A stretch of 64,000 nucleotides of DNA from Camelus ferus (Eukaryota). The stretch covers positions 103,914,001-103,978,000 of the forward strand of contig NC_045697.1 of assembly GCF_009834535.1 (NCBI RefSeq), given 5' to 3'. Under the pieces are notes generated by a model. The model did not search any database. It saw only the letters and a list, made by a program, of their open reading frames with translations, and was not told the DNA's origin. The translations under genes were made by a program, and so were the position numbers. Below, piece by piece: positions 35,791-49,260 of this stretch (position 1 is its first letter; every line of letters starts with the position of its first letter).

Positions 35791-38364
35791 TCTATCACTC
35801 TTTGAGGTAAAGAACTACCCTGGGCTTCTCAGTTTAATATTTTCATTGCACGACAGTAAATAGAACCACCCTGACACCCTACCGCCTATTTTATACTATC
35901 TAATGTCTTAAACAGCATTCCCTTTGGTTTGGCAGGATGGAACAATATTTCTTAAGCTGGAGAAGTCATTCCTAGGTTTTCCAAGTTTGAAATTGTGCTT
36001 GGTTGGTCTCAAATAATCGCTTAGCATTCATTCCCCAGATGTTGTGCAGAGGTGATTTTTTTTTTTATTGTGAAATATTTCCCAAGTAGATTCTCTGAGA
36101 AAGCTAGCTGTATTTGGAGTTATTCTTTTACTCAACTTGGGCCACAGCTGCTAGTTTACATAAAAGATATTCACACTCACTGTGTTAGAAAACCTTAGCA
36201 AAGGTGAATTTACATAGGGGAACAGCTGAAGTCCTCACTCAGGTGTTCTCAGACTTCTGTTCATCTGCAGCAAGTGAGCATCATGTGATTGTTGCATCTC
36301 GGTTCCGTCTTGCAAAAGCACTCATTTTGATTCTTAACCCAGGTTTCCTACTGTAGGTCTGACTTAGGATATGATTTGAGATATTTGATCTGTAAGGTCT
36401 TCAAGGAAGCTGGAAGATTAGGACCCATGTCACTCCAGCAAGGGGGACCAGAACCAGTGCACAGTTGGGAGTATGGTATTTGCTTACACTGCCTACCATT
36501 CCAGTAGAAACAGGTACTTCCCTGTTGCTAATAGTAACAACTCTCAAAGGGCAGATTCCCACAAGTGGGCAATAAAAGGATCTCATTTTACCATCTTTTA
36601 GCCTAGCCTTGTACCAAAGAGCAGTAGAACAAGTCAACGATGCTGAACTGTAATAAACCTACAATCTCATCCCTTTACTTGAAAACAATGTTAACATAAT
36701 TTTTATATAATACAGTATTATATATAAATGAGATTTTGAAAACGTTATCTGTAGGGGAGTATAAATTGAAATGGAAAGGATGCTACCTGGTAGTTTTGTG
36801 ACTGAAAAGGCGAATGAATTTTTATAATTTTGTCATGCAAAACATTTTTAGTGGCCTTACTAAAAAAGGGTAAATAATAACTCATACATAAAGGCTGTGT
36901 CAGAGTTTATAGACTAGACCCCTGGTAATGGATTCAACCTTTCCACAACAAATCAAAAGTATTGTTGTGCGCTCACATGAATATACAGCAGTCATTACCT
37001 TAAATTTAAAACTCACTGTATGCAGCAAGCGCACAGAGCAGGAGATGAAGGCGGTATTGTATCAGTGTGGTCTGCAGAGACTTTCTTCATAAGGTTTTTG
37101 CCTTGTTGAAATATGTGTTGCAGTTCAAAGCTAAAGGCGTTACTTCTGAATAGTCATCACAGAGGTTGATTACGTTCATATATTATATTTAGCTGGACCC
37201 TGCAGGCTATTACTCCATTAGCTATGCTGGTCCTGCTACTGTCAAAAAGTTGATCACCTAATGTTAAAAGACTGTGCTTTCTGTTGACCTTATCAAAATC
37301 TCTCAAAAGGTTCTGTCAAAAAAAATAAAATTCAGATTGTGTTTTATGAAAAAGATTAAGACTAAATACCAGGTCTAAAAAAGTGCTCATATCTTATGGG
37401 AGACTCTAGCATTAGGCCATTATTAATGATGAGATTGTATTTTGCTTTAGTATTTCAGGACATTTTACTTAAAGACGTAGATTCAATTTTAGTAGAAATA
37501 GTTCTTTTTCATGCTGATAGTAGAGTCTCAGAAATTGACTTCTGAAAGAAGAAGAGAGGTCTCTCCCCTCGATGTATTCAAATCGTATAAAATTAACACC
37601 TTGGAAGTAAGCCCAGTATATCAATATTAATACAGTGGCTTATTACGACATGGTTTTAGAAGGTGTTTGTACTGACAAGAACAGAGTATATACCCTAAAA
37701 ATTTGTTATTCACACTTGATAATCAGAAAATCACTTTAAATAAATAAATTAAAATTTAACTATTTACTCTTTAGACTGTGGTTATGTAGTTGGTTATATA
37801 GTTTCATTCATTTAATCGTAACAGTTGGAAAATTTTAAAGAGATGAGTTGAATATATATTCTTACAAACCTTGAGTCCAATTGCCAATATAAGGCATATT
37901 TTGATAAGCTTGACTTTTAATCATGTTATTATGAATTAGCTACAGATTAAGTAATAAATGAAAATATATCTTTGACAAAGATATTGACAGGCATGGTTTT
38001 ATTGTTTAAAATAACATATAATACTTTCACTAGAATCACAGTATAAAAGCTGTCCTTTGGGAACAAAGATGATTTTGAAGCTATCTCAGTTGAACAGCTA
38101 GCCTTTGAATTATGTCCCCAGAAGTGGTGATGGATTGGCACAGACTCATGTGTCCTTTTTGGCATGGTCCTCCTGGTGACTGATGGTGTGTAAAATGGCC
38201 GGTCAGGGGTACAGCCTGTGAGCCTGGAGGACAGCCAGACACACATTTTGGCCTCATTAGCACTGTTCTCTAATCAACTGAACTCTTCAGCAAGTGCAAG
38301 TTTCCTGATATTTCTTGTACTTGTTTGCCTTTAGCCACCTTGCTTGATACTCACAATAGAAGAG

Positions 38365-38810
38365 GAGTGAGCATCAGTCAGGACGAAACAGATGGCACAT
38401 TCGACTGGGATTCTGAAGGGACTTTAATGAAGGAACCACTGAGAGATGAGGGCAGGGCTGGAGAATGACAAGGGGTCCTGAGGCACCCAGGGACTCGCGA
38501 TGGAAGGATGTTATGCCATTATCCTCCCCAGGCTGAGGGTAAAGGGGGAGAGGATGGCTTTACTGGACCCTGAGTGAGAGATGGAAATTTCGAAAAGGGC
38601 TCATCCATTTGCATCTAGAAGCAGCGGTGGTAGAGTGTCACAGCTGTCAGAACCTCTCCACCTTCCTAACCTCTGATCTCCTGCTGGCGACTCCTTTTGG
38701 ATAAATCCAAACCAGGAAGACAGAAGGCAATAGAAGACAAGTGAACCTTCAGATGCAGTCTGAAGTCAGTTTCCTGGGACACAGAGCAGACAAAGTGGGA
38801 GAATGGATCT
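38365..38810 (-). mobile_element. Ancient ERVL-class LTR (family uncertain)
   Basis: ATCAGTCAGGACGAAACAGATGGCACATTC...TTTAATGAAGG resembles the antisense 3' end of old ERVL LTRs. Confidence 0.5.
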
Positions 38811-39764
38811 TGTGTGTGTGTGTGAAATCACATACCATAATCACAAAGTGCAAATGTCGCCACTTTGGTCATGTGAAGCATGGTTTAAATGTCAGCGTAC
38901 TTGATGCTAACAAATGACTTGATGCTTCTCTTTCCCTTGTCTTTCTTTTCTTCTTTCCCTTTCTCCTTTTTCTTATTTTTTTGGGGGGGGTGAGGGGTAA
39001 TGTTGGTTTGTCATTCATGGCACTTCTCATTTTACAGTCTATAAAAATTCTGTGAACCAAAGCCTGAAATTACAGAGTTAATCTCACTTTACCAAAAAGA
39101 AAAAAAAAAAAAAAGTGAGATTTCTTGTTAATACTTTCCTACTTTTTGTTAACAAACAAAAAGGTAATCTGTTCTGTGTTTTAAAGCAGAAATCATGATG
39201 TGGTTATTCTATATCTGATGAGTATAAAAGTCAAGATACAAACACTTGTAAGGCAGGACACATCTTTCAAGTTGGGCAGATTCTCTTAAGTGTCAAAAAC
39301 TGATATGCGGTCTTTCATACTACAGGTTCTAGTATATAGCAATTCCCTTTTCAAAGGCTTCTGTTATTATTTAAAGCTTACTGAAATTTATATAAGGATC
39401 AGAAGTATATTTGAGCTCAAAATTATAGGTTCTTTTTTCCCCTTCAGAATCATTATCTTAAATAGAGCTGGACTGGGATGAAGCATTGAAGAGACCACAC
39501 TGAGGCAGAATTATACCGAATTTCTCCTTCTGGATACCTAAAACTTTAATGAGAGTATCTGATTCACATCTATCAATCTGTTCAGACACTGAATACTTTC
39601 TTAAGACAAATAAATACAGTGGTGTGTTCACATAGTTTTTAAAATTTCTATTAATGCTACATTACAAATTCTGCTTTTTTTCTAGTCAAGATGCAATAAC
39701 TTAAGTCAGATAAACCTCTTTCCTGAAACAACTTCCCCTTCCAAAAGAACCCCCCAAATCTCAG

Positions 39765-39853
39765 ACCCCACTGTAGACCTGGTAAATCAGAATCTGCATT
39801 TTAAAAGGGTACCAAGGTCGTATGTTTGCTCACAAAAGTTTGAGACTTACTGT
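39765..39853. mobile_element. MER5A-like hAT fragment
   Basis: AGACCTGGTAAATCAGAATCTGCATTTTAA...AAAAGTTTGAGACTTACTG. Confidence 0.65.
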
Positions 39854-40039
39854 TTTATATAACCTTACTCTTATTTATCCCAATGATTTAAAGTAAAATA
39901 AAAACAAAATGGCTTGCTTGGTAAGAGGAGGAAGAAACAGCTGCTTGTTTTTTTCTTCAGTTGAAACATTCAGATATGAATAAAAATTAAGTTCCTTTCC
40001 ATGACTGAGAGTACATTTTCTGCTCGGGAATGTGCTAAG

Positions 40040-40215
40040 ATCTTTTTTTTTTTTTTAACTGCTCAACCATCCTGTGCTCTAGGCATTAGTATCCCTGACA
40101 CACAGAGAAGGAAACCAAAGGTTGAAGGGATGAACTTCTTCAGTATCACACAGGTGATGACTGGCTCAGTGAGATGCAAACCCAGGTCAGTTTGGAGCCA
40201 AAGCCTGTGCTCATG
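40040..40215 (-). mobile_element. MIR fragment
   Basis: GAAGGAAACCAAAGGTTGAAGG...TCACACAGGTG...AAACCCAGGTCAGTTTGGAGCCAAAGCCTGTGCTC. Confidence 0.65.
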
Positions 40216-42770
40216 AATTCTACACTCCCCTCACCCCAGCGAATTCAGCAGGAAGGCGATAACAAGAAGGCCTCTTAGGCAGCTGTACTGTGTTGGGCTT
40301 GGAGGGGAGGGTTTATTTGACTTTGTGGAGAACTGCCGTGGAAAGCCCATTTCATTCTTGATTGTTTGTCTATGTATTTTCTTGTCTTCTAGAGACTGTT
40401 TCTAATGAAGCAGTTAAAAAAATTGCCACATGCCCCAGGGACCTCCCTAAAGACCACCAATCTGATGGGTGGTCCAGGACAGCCGGGCTTGGGCTAGCGG
40501 GACTCTAATCCAGGGTTTCCACGAGGTGCGTTGTTGCCTTTATTTCATTATACTTTGACTCAACCTCTAATGGATTCAGCTTCATAAAGTCAGAAAAAAG
40601 AGGGAAGGAAAAGCAATTTATTCATGTTTTCACTGGAGCTCACTGCAGACATGAAATTTCTCTAAAAATGCAAATCATTTGATGCAATACAAGAGAAACT
40701 CGGTAGCTAAAGCTCTTAGAGGAAAGCACTTTCCCAGAGCTGATGTTTTTATGCCCTGTGATTGAATGAATCGATCCATTTATTACAACATCTTCACTTA
40801 AGTTTTTTATCCCTAGATGACTGTGTCTAAGGGTACTAGAGGACTTTTCTTTATCACTCAGAAAATTGATTACACTTGTTAATTTGGCTTTTAATCCTGG
40901 ATATATCAAAACAAATACCATAAACAGGTGTAGAAGAAATCAATATAGATCTGTTCAATATCAGATTGATCAAAGAAGGATTTAGTAAGACTCTAAGATG
41001 TAAAATACTGATGTACAAACAAAGCCCTTCCTTATGTAATATGGCTTTGGACAAGCTCGCGATCTGAGAGAAACTATTTCTGAAGACAGAAATGGTGCAC
41101 TTTCGTTGCATTGCATTAAAGCAAAATCCCCAGAAGGCCCACCTATCCAAGGTGTTTAATGTTAACGTTTGTTTTAAAAAGATTTCTTGTCTTTTGTCCA
41201 GCTATTCTTGTTAATTCACTGGGCACCATATCACAGATTTTTTTTTATGTTACATAAAGCAAAAATTACAGTTAACAAGTATAAGGTTGGTCATAAAAAA
41301 TAGATAAAACAACACTCTTAAAAGCTCAGCTATGACAAGGAAAGGTTATCAGCCATTCTTTTCAGAGAAGGTGAAGACAATGAGAAATAAAAATTATACA
41401 CAAAGACTCTTGACATGCTGTTTAGACCAGCTCTGGGCCATTACCACTTGTGTTCTGCAGAACCCAGGTAGCAAAACAATTGCTCAGGGGACATTCTTTT
41501 GATTAGACGTATCTTTTACTCCACTTGCATGATAATGAATGAGACAGAGAGTCACGCTACTTTACTCTCCAAGTGAAATTTTAAACTGTTTTCCAGTGGT
41601 GGGTATAGTTTAAGAGCAATATACACTGTGTCTATCCACTTAACCAACCCAGTAATCAGTTGTCATTCATTCAACAGATATTCACTGAATACCTACTGAG
41701 TGAAAAACACATTTGTGAGCTAGGTGCTGAGCTACAGTTGGTAGCAGTGTTCAAATTAGATGGATTCAGGAGTACATGGCTGGTGGGGTTGGGGTGGGGT
41801 TTTCAGTGGGGGACTCAATCTATAATCACAGCATGATTCTCTGTATTTGTGCTTGGTCTTCAGAGAAGAAGTGAGAGTTTTATGTACAGTTTGCTAAAGC
41901 ATTAATAGGCGTCTAGGAGGCAGCATAAGGCTTCAAAACAAACACTAAGACATTAACAGAATACATATAAATGCACTTAAATGCTTGTCTCAGGAAAAGT
42001 AAGCCTGTTGGGTTCTCCATGGTAGGACTGAGTTCTTCAATAGCTTGATTGGTGGGTCAGAATTTGAATCTCTGTGTTGGAGCATGTGCACATAATACAC
42101 CTGCACGTATATTCTGACCTATAGGTAGGTAGAAGTCATTTTTGGAAAACTTTCTGTGGTTTGAATTTAAGCACAGAATCACCATTTCTTGGTGGTCTTA
42201 GGATTATAGACTTTGCTCTTTTGAAAAATAATATATTCATCCCTGTACCCTGCCTGATGTCTGAGAGAGCGTACACACTTAATGGTTTCTGAATGAACAC
42301 AGTTTGTACCTTATGATTTACTTTTTAAAATGTGGCATAATAAAGTATTGCTTGGCATATGGCAGATGGGCAATAAATCCCTGCTGAAAGACATGGTGAA
42401 TGACTGTCTGCTCTTAAAAGTTTAGGTGAGAGCACAAAAGATATATGAAGACAAATCTATTGGTTTGAAAAGCCATCTAATTAAGAAAGAATTTTCCAGC
42501 AAGATCTATGGACAACTCTTTAATGAGTACCTAAGAAATACACAGTTTTTAAGAACTGGTTTTCTTCTTGGATATATTATTTGCTCATTTTGAAAGTAAA
42601 GCAGAGAAAGTCTAAACTTTTAGTCACAATATCTGAAGTGCTTCAGAGAAGAAATGGGCTCTTTACGTACAATTGCTAAAGATAATTTAAAAGTTAAGTT
42701 TGAAGAACTACTTAGTTAATTTTTCCTTCCTGTCTTCATGAATGAAGGTTTCAGCTACATAAAGTATCTT

Positions 42771-42928
42771 TTTTTTAAATTGAAGTATAGTTAATTTACA
42801 ACGTTGTGTTAGTTTCTGGTGTGCAGCACAGTGATTCAGTTATACACACATATATTCTTTTTCATATTCTTTTTCATTATAGTTACTGAATAGCTCCCTG
42901 TGCTATGCAGTAGGTCCTTGTTGTTTAT
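42771..42928 (-). mobile_element. Short L1 3' end
   Basis: Antisense L1 terminus; 12-bp TSD ATA(A/G)AGTATCTT at 42759-42770 and 42929-42940. Confidence 0.88.
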
Positions 42929-44063
42929 ATAGAGTATCTTAATTTTCAAGGGTGCAGTTGTTTTAAAGAGCAAAGACGATATCAAGTCACCTTTCTGCAT
43001 TTTGGTTATATAATTGTATTGGCCATAGAGTGGAGGAGAGAGAAAGGATAGCAGAGTTAAGATGTTTTCCTTACTACACAAATAACCTCTTCCTTTCAAG
43101 TTAACCTTCTCTGGCTCTCTTGCACTGTGGTTGGGGAAAAAAGAAAAAGGTACTATATCTGAAAGCTGACAAAGTATTATATAGGAAAGCACTATATAAA
43201 TTACGCTTTAATGAATGAGAAGATATTAAAAATGATAATACGTATTTCAGATGACAAAAATTACTGGAAAAAGACTACTTTTATGGCTAACCCCATGAGA
43301 GTGAATTAAATTGAAGAAAAATATAAAATAGGTTTTTCAGTGATAAGACCGCAACAAATTTATAAGTATATAAAAACATATAATTGTATAAATATTGAAT
43401 ATATAAGTAATATAAATATAAGTGAATATAATATAAACATATTAATAGATGTACAATATAAATACAAAGTACTTTAAAATTTTTTCTCCATCATTCTTGC
43501 CATTTTTACCTGAACTAAGAAACTGGGAGTAAAAAACCCAAATACTCTATGTAGTTTAAAGTTGTGTGGATTTGCTCCAGCATCTTACAGCATTTCATCC
43601 CAATTGGGAATGTCAAGTAAATTACATGTCAACTTGAATAGAGTCCCTCATATCCATACACCTAAACCACCTATTTAAAAAATTTCCCTGACACAGCCTT
43701 GCCCTGATACCTGGGTTCTCTCTCACTCACCTGACCTGTTTTCTTATTTAAACACTGGTACATAATGGCATTTTTCTCTTTGATACCTGTTATCTTGCCC
43801 AGGTTGAAATGATACTTTTCATTAAGATGTTATACAAACAACTTCTTTGGAATGACATTAAAGAGAAGTGACATGCTTCATGCATATATCACCAGTGACT
43901 CCATGAACTACTTTTTCTGAACTGTAGTATATAAACTCAGTGTAGTAAAGAAGTTCCAGCTTTAGAAAGTGAAATAAATAGAATATTCTCATGGCATTGA
44001 CATTATTACAGAGGAAGAACTTTATTAAATCCTTTTTGAAGGATTTAAAAAAATAATAGGCCT

Positions 44064-44433
44064 TGCTATAGACTCAATGTTTGTGCCCCATCCCCCCAAA
44101 TTCACATGTTAAATCCTAATGCCCAGGGTGATGGTATTTAGAGGCCAGGCCTTTGGGAGGTGATTAGGTCATGAGGGTGGAGCCCTTATGAATGGGATTA
44201 GTGTCCCTATAAAAGAAGCCACCATAGAGTTCCTTCACCTCTTCTGTCACATTAGGACATAGTGAAAGGATGGGCTGCTATGAAGCAGGAAGTGAGCTCT
44301 CACCAGACACTGAATCTGCCAATGCCTCTGTCTTGGGCCTTCCAGCCTCCAGACAGTGAGAAATAAATTCCTGTTCTTTATAAGTCACTCAGTCTATTGT
44401 ATTTTTGTCATAGCAATCCAACAGACTAAGACA
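44064..44433 (+). mobile_element. Complete MaLR solo LTR (MLT1A-like)
   Basis: TGCTATAGACTCAATGTTTGTG...GGTCATGAGGGTGGAGCCC...AATAAA...GACTAAGACA, about 370 bp. Confidence 0.88.
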
Positions 44434-44499
44434 GGCTCTAAGAATTCTGTAATTATTCCCTGCATATCATGTTTTTTAATTTAAGAGGTATTATAATTA

Positions 44500-44822
44500 C
44501 TATTTTATTTAAAAAATTTTAAATGTAGTTTACAATGTTGTGTCAATTTCTGATGCACAGCATAATGTTTCAGTCATACATGTACATACTTACATTCCTT
44601 TTCATATTCTTTTTCATTATAGGTCACTACAAGATATTGAATATAGTTCCCTGTGCTATACAGTATGAACTTGTTGTTTATCTATTTTATATATAGTAGT
44701 TAGTATCTGCAAATCCCAAACTCCTAATTTATCTCTTCCCACCCTCTTTCCCCTGTGGTAACCATAAGTTTGTTTCCTATGTCTGTGAGTCTGTTTCTGT
44801 TTTGTAAATAAGTTCATTTGCA
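44500..44822 (-). mobile_element. L1 3' end
   Basis: Antisense L1 3'UTR closely similar to the 23072-23400 copy. Confidence 0.88.
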
Positions 44823-45139
44823 TCTAAAAAGTTAAATTATTTTTTAAAGAGGTGATACATACACATGGTCCTTTTTTTTTAAGGTTGAACAGTAAAAAAT
44901 CTGTTTGAAATCCTTGATCGCCAGCAACTCACTTCTCTTCCCTAGAGGCAACCACTATTACTATTTCTTGAGTATCCCTTTAGAAACACTTCATGTGTAT
45001 ATAAAACAGTACATATTCACATATAAATACATAATACATATTTATGTCTTATTTATGTACATAGTATTTCTGTACTTTAAAAGAAATCATATATTTTGGA
45101 TATCATTCCCTTTCTCTCTCTCTTTTTTTTTTTTAGAAA

Positions 45140-45950
45140 AAGAATAGACTTAATTTTTTTAGAACAGTTTTGAGTTCACAGCAAAAGTGAGTAAAAAGCA
45201 CGGAGGGTTCACATATATCTGTCTCCCCAACCCCACGCACACAGAGCCTCCCCCACTATGAGCAGACTCCACTGGGTTCACTCTTGATATTGTACATTCT
45301 ATGGATTTGGACAAATACATAATGACATGTATCCACTATTATAGTTTCATACAGAATAATCTCACTGTCTTAAAAATCCCCTGTGCTCTACCTATTCATC
45401 CTTCCCTCACCCCCAATCCCTGGCAACCACTGATTTTTCTTTTTCTGTGTTCATAGTTTTGACTTTTCCAGAATGTCATAGACTTGGAATCATACAGTAT
45501 GCAACCTTTTCAGGTTGGTTTCTTTTACTTAATGTAATATGCATTTAAGTTTCCTCCATGTCTTTTCATGGCTTGATAACTAATTCTTTTTTTTTGCACT
45601 AAGTAATATTTCATTTTCTGGATGTATCAAAGTTTATTTATCCATTCATCTACAGAAAGACATCTTGGTTGCTTCCAAGTTTTGGCAAATATGAAGAAAG
45701 TTGCTGTAATCATCCACATGCAAGTGTCTGTGTGGACATAAGTTTTCAGCTCTTTTGGGTAAATACCAAGGAGTGTGACTGCTCACTGGTAAGATAAGAG
45801 TATGTTTAGTTTTGTAAGAAACTGCCACCGTGTCTTCTAGGCTGCAGCATTTAGCATTTTCAATGAAGGAGAGTTCCCGTTGCTCCACACCCTCACTAGC
45901 ACTTGATGTTGTCATGCTCCAGATTCTGGCCATTCTAATCAGTGTGCAGT
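45140..45950 (-). mobile_element. Old L1 (L1MC-like) 3' end
   Basis: TTTTTAGAACAGTTTTGAGTTCACAGCAAAA...CCCTGGCAACCACTGAT...TTCCAGAATGTCATAG. Confidence 0.8.
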
Positions 45951-46974
45951 ACTAGCATATAGAGATGCTTAGTAAATAGTTGAATGAATGAATGTGTTAG
46001 TCTATCTGTTGGATCAACACAGAGTTTTGGATCAAATCTTTGTGCATTTAAAATTTCTATGTTGCCAAACTACTCTCCTGAGAGGCTGCATTTATCCTTT
46101 CACCAGTTTTGCAGGAGATCATCTATCATCACATGCTCACTAACATATGCATTAACAAACCTGCTAATCTGATAGATGAGAAACCTTCCTATACTTTTAA
46201 TTTACATTTTCTTGTTATGTGTAAAGTCCAGCATTTTTTTCACATTAAAATTTACTTTTTGGTAAATTCTCCATATCCTTCTTCCATTTAAAAAATTGAG
46301 TTATTAGTCTTTTGCCTGCTGATTTATAATTTTAAATTTATATTTATAATGTATATTTATATTTATAATTTTTTTTGTAATAGAGATGAGCTTTTGGTGA
46401 CATTTGCAGATTCTTTTCCAAGTTCATTTAAAAACTTGAAAAATTTGTGGTGTTTTGTCATACAGAAATGTTTTGTTTTTATAAAGATACATTTTTGTTT
46501 TTTTTCTCTTTTGGTTGTAGAGTTGGGTTGGTTGCCCTGTGATCTCAGGTCTCTTATGGGTTCAAAAAAAATTATTTCGCAGATCTTGTAGTTTTGTTGT
46601 TGCTGAAAGGGTTAGAATGACATTATTTCTAGCTTTCTACATTTAAGCAGAAGCTAGAAGACTACTGGTTTTTACGTATTACTTTTGTACCTAGCCATTT
46701 TATCAAGTTCTTTTGTTGTTTATAAGGCATTTCATTGCTTTTCCTTGGTTTTTCAAATGAGCAACTAAATCTATGTAAATGACTATACACTGTTCTCATC
46801 CTTTTCCAGTTCTTATATGTCTTCTTTCTTTATAATAATGTTAAATGATAGCAGTGATAGTAAGCACTTTTATTTTATTATTGCTTTTATGGAATTATTC
46901 CTAGCATAGATGATGAATTTTAGTAAATATATTATGAGCACCCATTGAGATAATCATGCAATCTTTCTCTTCTC

Positions 46975-49260
46975 AGTTGTTCATTCATTCAACAAATACT
47001 TGGAAAGTGCCTATAATGTATCTGTGTTCTAAGTTTTGGGAATACGACACTGGGGAAAGAAAATAGACAAAATCTTATTGTCATGAAGCTTATAATTCTA
47101 GAGGTTAAAGACAGACAGTAAATAAATAAAATACATGTCACATGATAATATATGCTACAGAGGGAAGTGTATAGATATAGGGAATGTATATATGTGTATG
47201 GGGGTGGTTTGCAACTTCTAAAAGTACGATGAGGTGAGAGGGGAGGGTATAGCTCAGTGGTACAGTGCATGCTTAGCATGCCTGAGGTCCTGGGTTCAAT
47301 CCTTAGTACCTCCATTAAAATTGATAAGTAAATAAATAAACCTAATTACCTCCCTCCCAAAACAAAACCAAATTCAAAACAGTATGACCACGTGATATTT
47401 GGCTAAAATTCTAAGGGAAGTAAGCCATGGGACTATCTCAAAGCGCAGCACAGGCAAAAAGAATAGCAAGTCCAAAGGTCCCGAGGTGGAGCCTGCCTGG
47501 TGTGTCCCAGGAACAGAAGGAGACCTGTGTGGGAAGAGGGGGACTAGCACAGTGGGCGGGAGGAGAAGGAATGGTTATCAGACAGGTAACCGAGGGCCAG
47601 ATCACATACAGTCTCACTGTTGGGGGCATGTTAGCTTTTACTTCATGTGAGATAGGAAATCATTCAGAGGGTTTTAAGCAGAGGAGTGACATAATCTAAC
47701 TAGTATTTTAAAAGGATTACTCTGACTGCTGTGTCGAGAAGAGACTGTATGGGAAGCTATTTCAACAATCCAGGCAAGATATGGAGGTAGCAGGGGGATA
47801 GTAAGAAGTTACATGATACTGGATATGTTTTCCAGGAACAGGATATGTTGGCAGATTTGAAGTGGCATGTGAGGAGATTAAGGATGACACTCAGGTTTTA
47901 AATTTGTGCAAATGGAAGGATAATGCACCCATTAATTGAGACAGGACAGCCTGGAGGGAGCACCATTTGGGCGCAGTTGGGGTAAGGGATGAGAGGGTGA
48001 TTTTGCACATTCCAAGTCTGACATGTCTCCTAGATATTCAAGGGAAGATGTCAGTTAGGAATTTTGTATACAAGCTTGGAATTTGGGTGAGAGGAGAGCT
48101 CCAGGGCATATAAATAAATATGAGAATTATTAGTGAATAGATAATATTTAAGGCCATGAAATTGGATGAGATCAACAAGAGAATGAGTGCAAATAGAAAA
48201 GAGAAGAAATTAAAGCTTGAGCCATGGGTCACTCTAACACTTAAAGATCAGGAAGATTACATGGAACCAGCAAAGGGGACTGAACAGGAGTGGTTAGGGA
48301 GGAAGGAGAAGCCAGTATGGTAAGCCATTTGAAAAGCATATTTAAAGGAGGAGGGAGTAATTGACTCTGCTCAGTGTTGCTGATAGGTCAAATAAGATGA
48401 GGAGGACTGAGAAATGCCTACTGGGTTTGATGATGTGGAAGTCATTGATGAGTTAGAGAAGCACAGTCTTGGTAGAAGGTGGGACTAGGCATCTGATGTG
48501 AGTGGGTTCAGGAGAGAATGGGGAGACAGGAATTAGAAGCAGCTAACGTAGATGATTCTTTAAAGAGTGTTGTGATGAAGTGGAGCAGAGAAATGGGGCA
48601 GTAACTGGTGAGGACTGTGAGGTCAAGAGACTTTTTTTCTAAAGGTGAGAGAAATTACTGCATGCTTATATACTGATAAGAATGATCTACAGATCATTTG
48701 ATGCAGATGGAGAGAGGTGAGAACTGTTGGAGGTAATGGCTTTGAGAAAATGAGAATGGATGAGATATAGTACACAGGTAGACAGACTGGCCTAGGCTGG
48801 GAGCATGACAGTCAATCCTCAGCAAAAGGAGAGAATGTATATATTGAGCAGAGATGTAGGTAAGTGAGTGGATGTGATGATACTGTATTGGGAGTTCTCT
48901 TTTGATTGTTTTTTAATAAAATAAGAAATAGGATCATCAACTGAGAGTGAGGATGGGGGAGAAAGTGTTGGAGGTTTGAGTAAAGGGGACAAAATGTGAA
49001 GTAGTCATCTACAAGAAGGGGAGAGAGAATGAACTCGAGGAGTATAGTGATTGGGGTCAGCATTAAAGGCCCACTTAAGGTTAGTGATCATGAATTTAAA
49101 ATTACACCAATCAGCATGGCCGTCTGCTTTTCTGCAGCAACATTCTGTTTTAAGGATACAAACAAGAAGTCGACAGAGAGTTGAGTTTAGTTAATGTCAT
49201 GGTTTTACCAGGCAATTATGAAGAAGACAGAGGGGCAAGAGATGGATCACAGACTCTAAG
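46975..49260 (-). mobile_element. Long L2 fragment (about 2.2 kb) with a SINE insertion
   Basis: Begins TCATTCATTCAACAAATA; purine-rich antisense L2 body throughout. Confidence 0.8.
47240..47379 (+). mobile_element. tRNA-Ala-derived SINE (vic-1-like)
   Basis: GGGGAGGGTATAGCTCAGTGGTACAGTGCATGCTTAGCATG...GGGTTCAATCC...AAACCTAATTACCTCCC and an A-rich tail. Confidence 0.9.

Noticed and set aside
47240..47315. tRNA-Ala-like genes (also at 6615, 9312, 57520 and 58495)
   Set aside because: Extra 5' bases, stem mismatches, A-rich tails and TSDs mark them as SINEs, not functional tRNAs.
33130..49260. Two homologous L2 copies in inverted orientation as a long-range hairpin
   Set aside because: Ancient, highly diverged and about 12 kb apart; common by chance.
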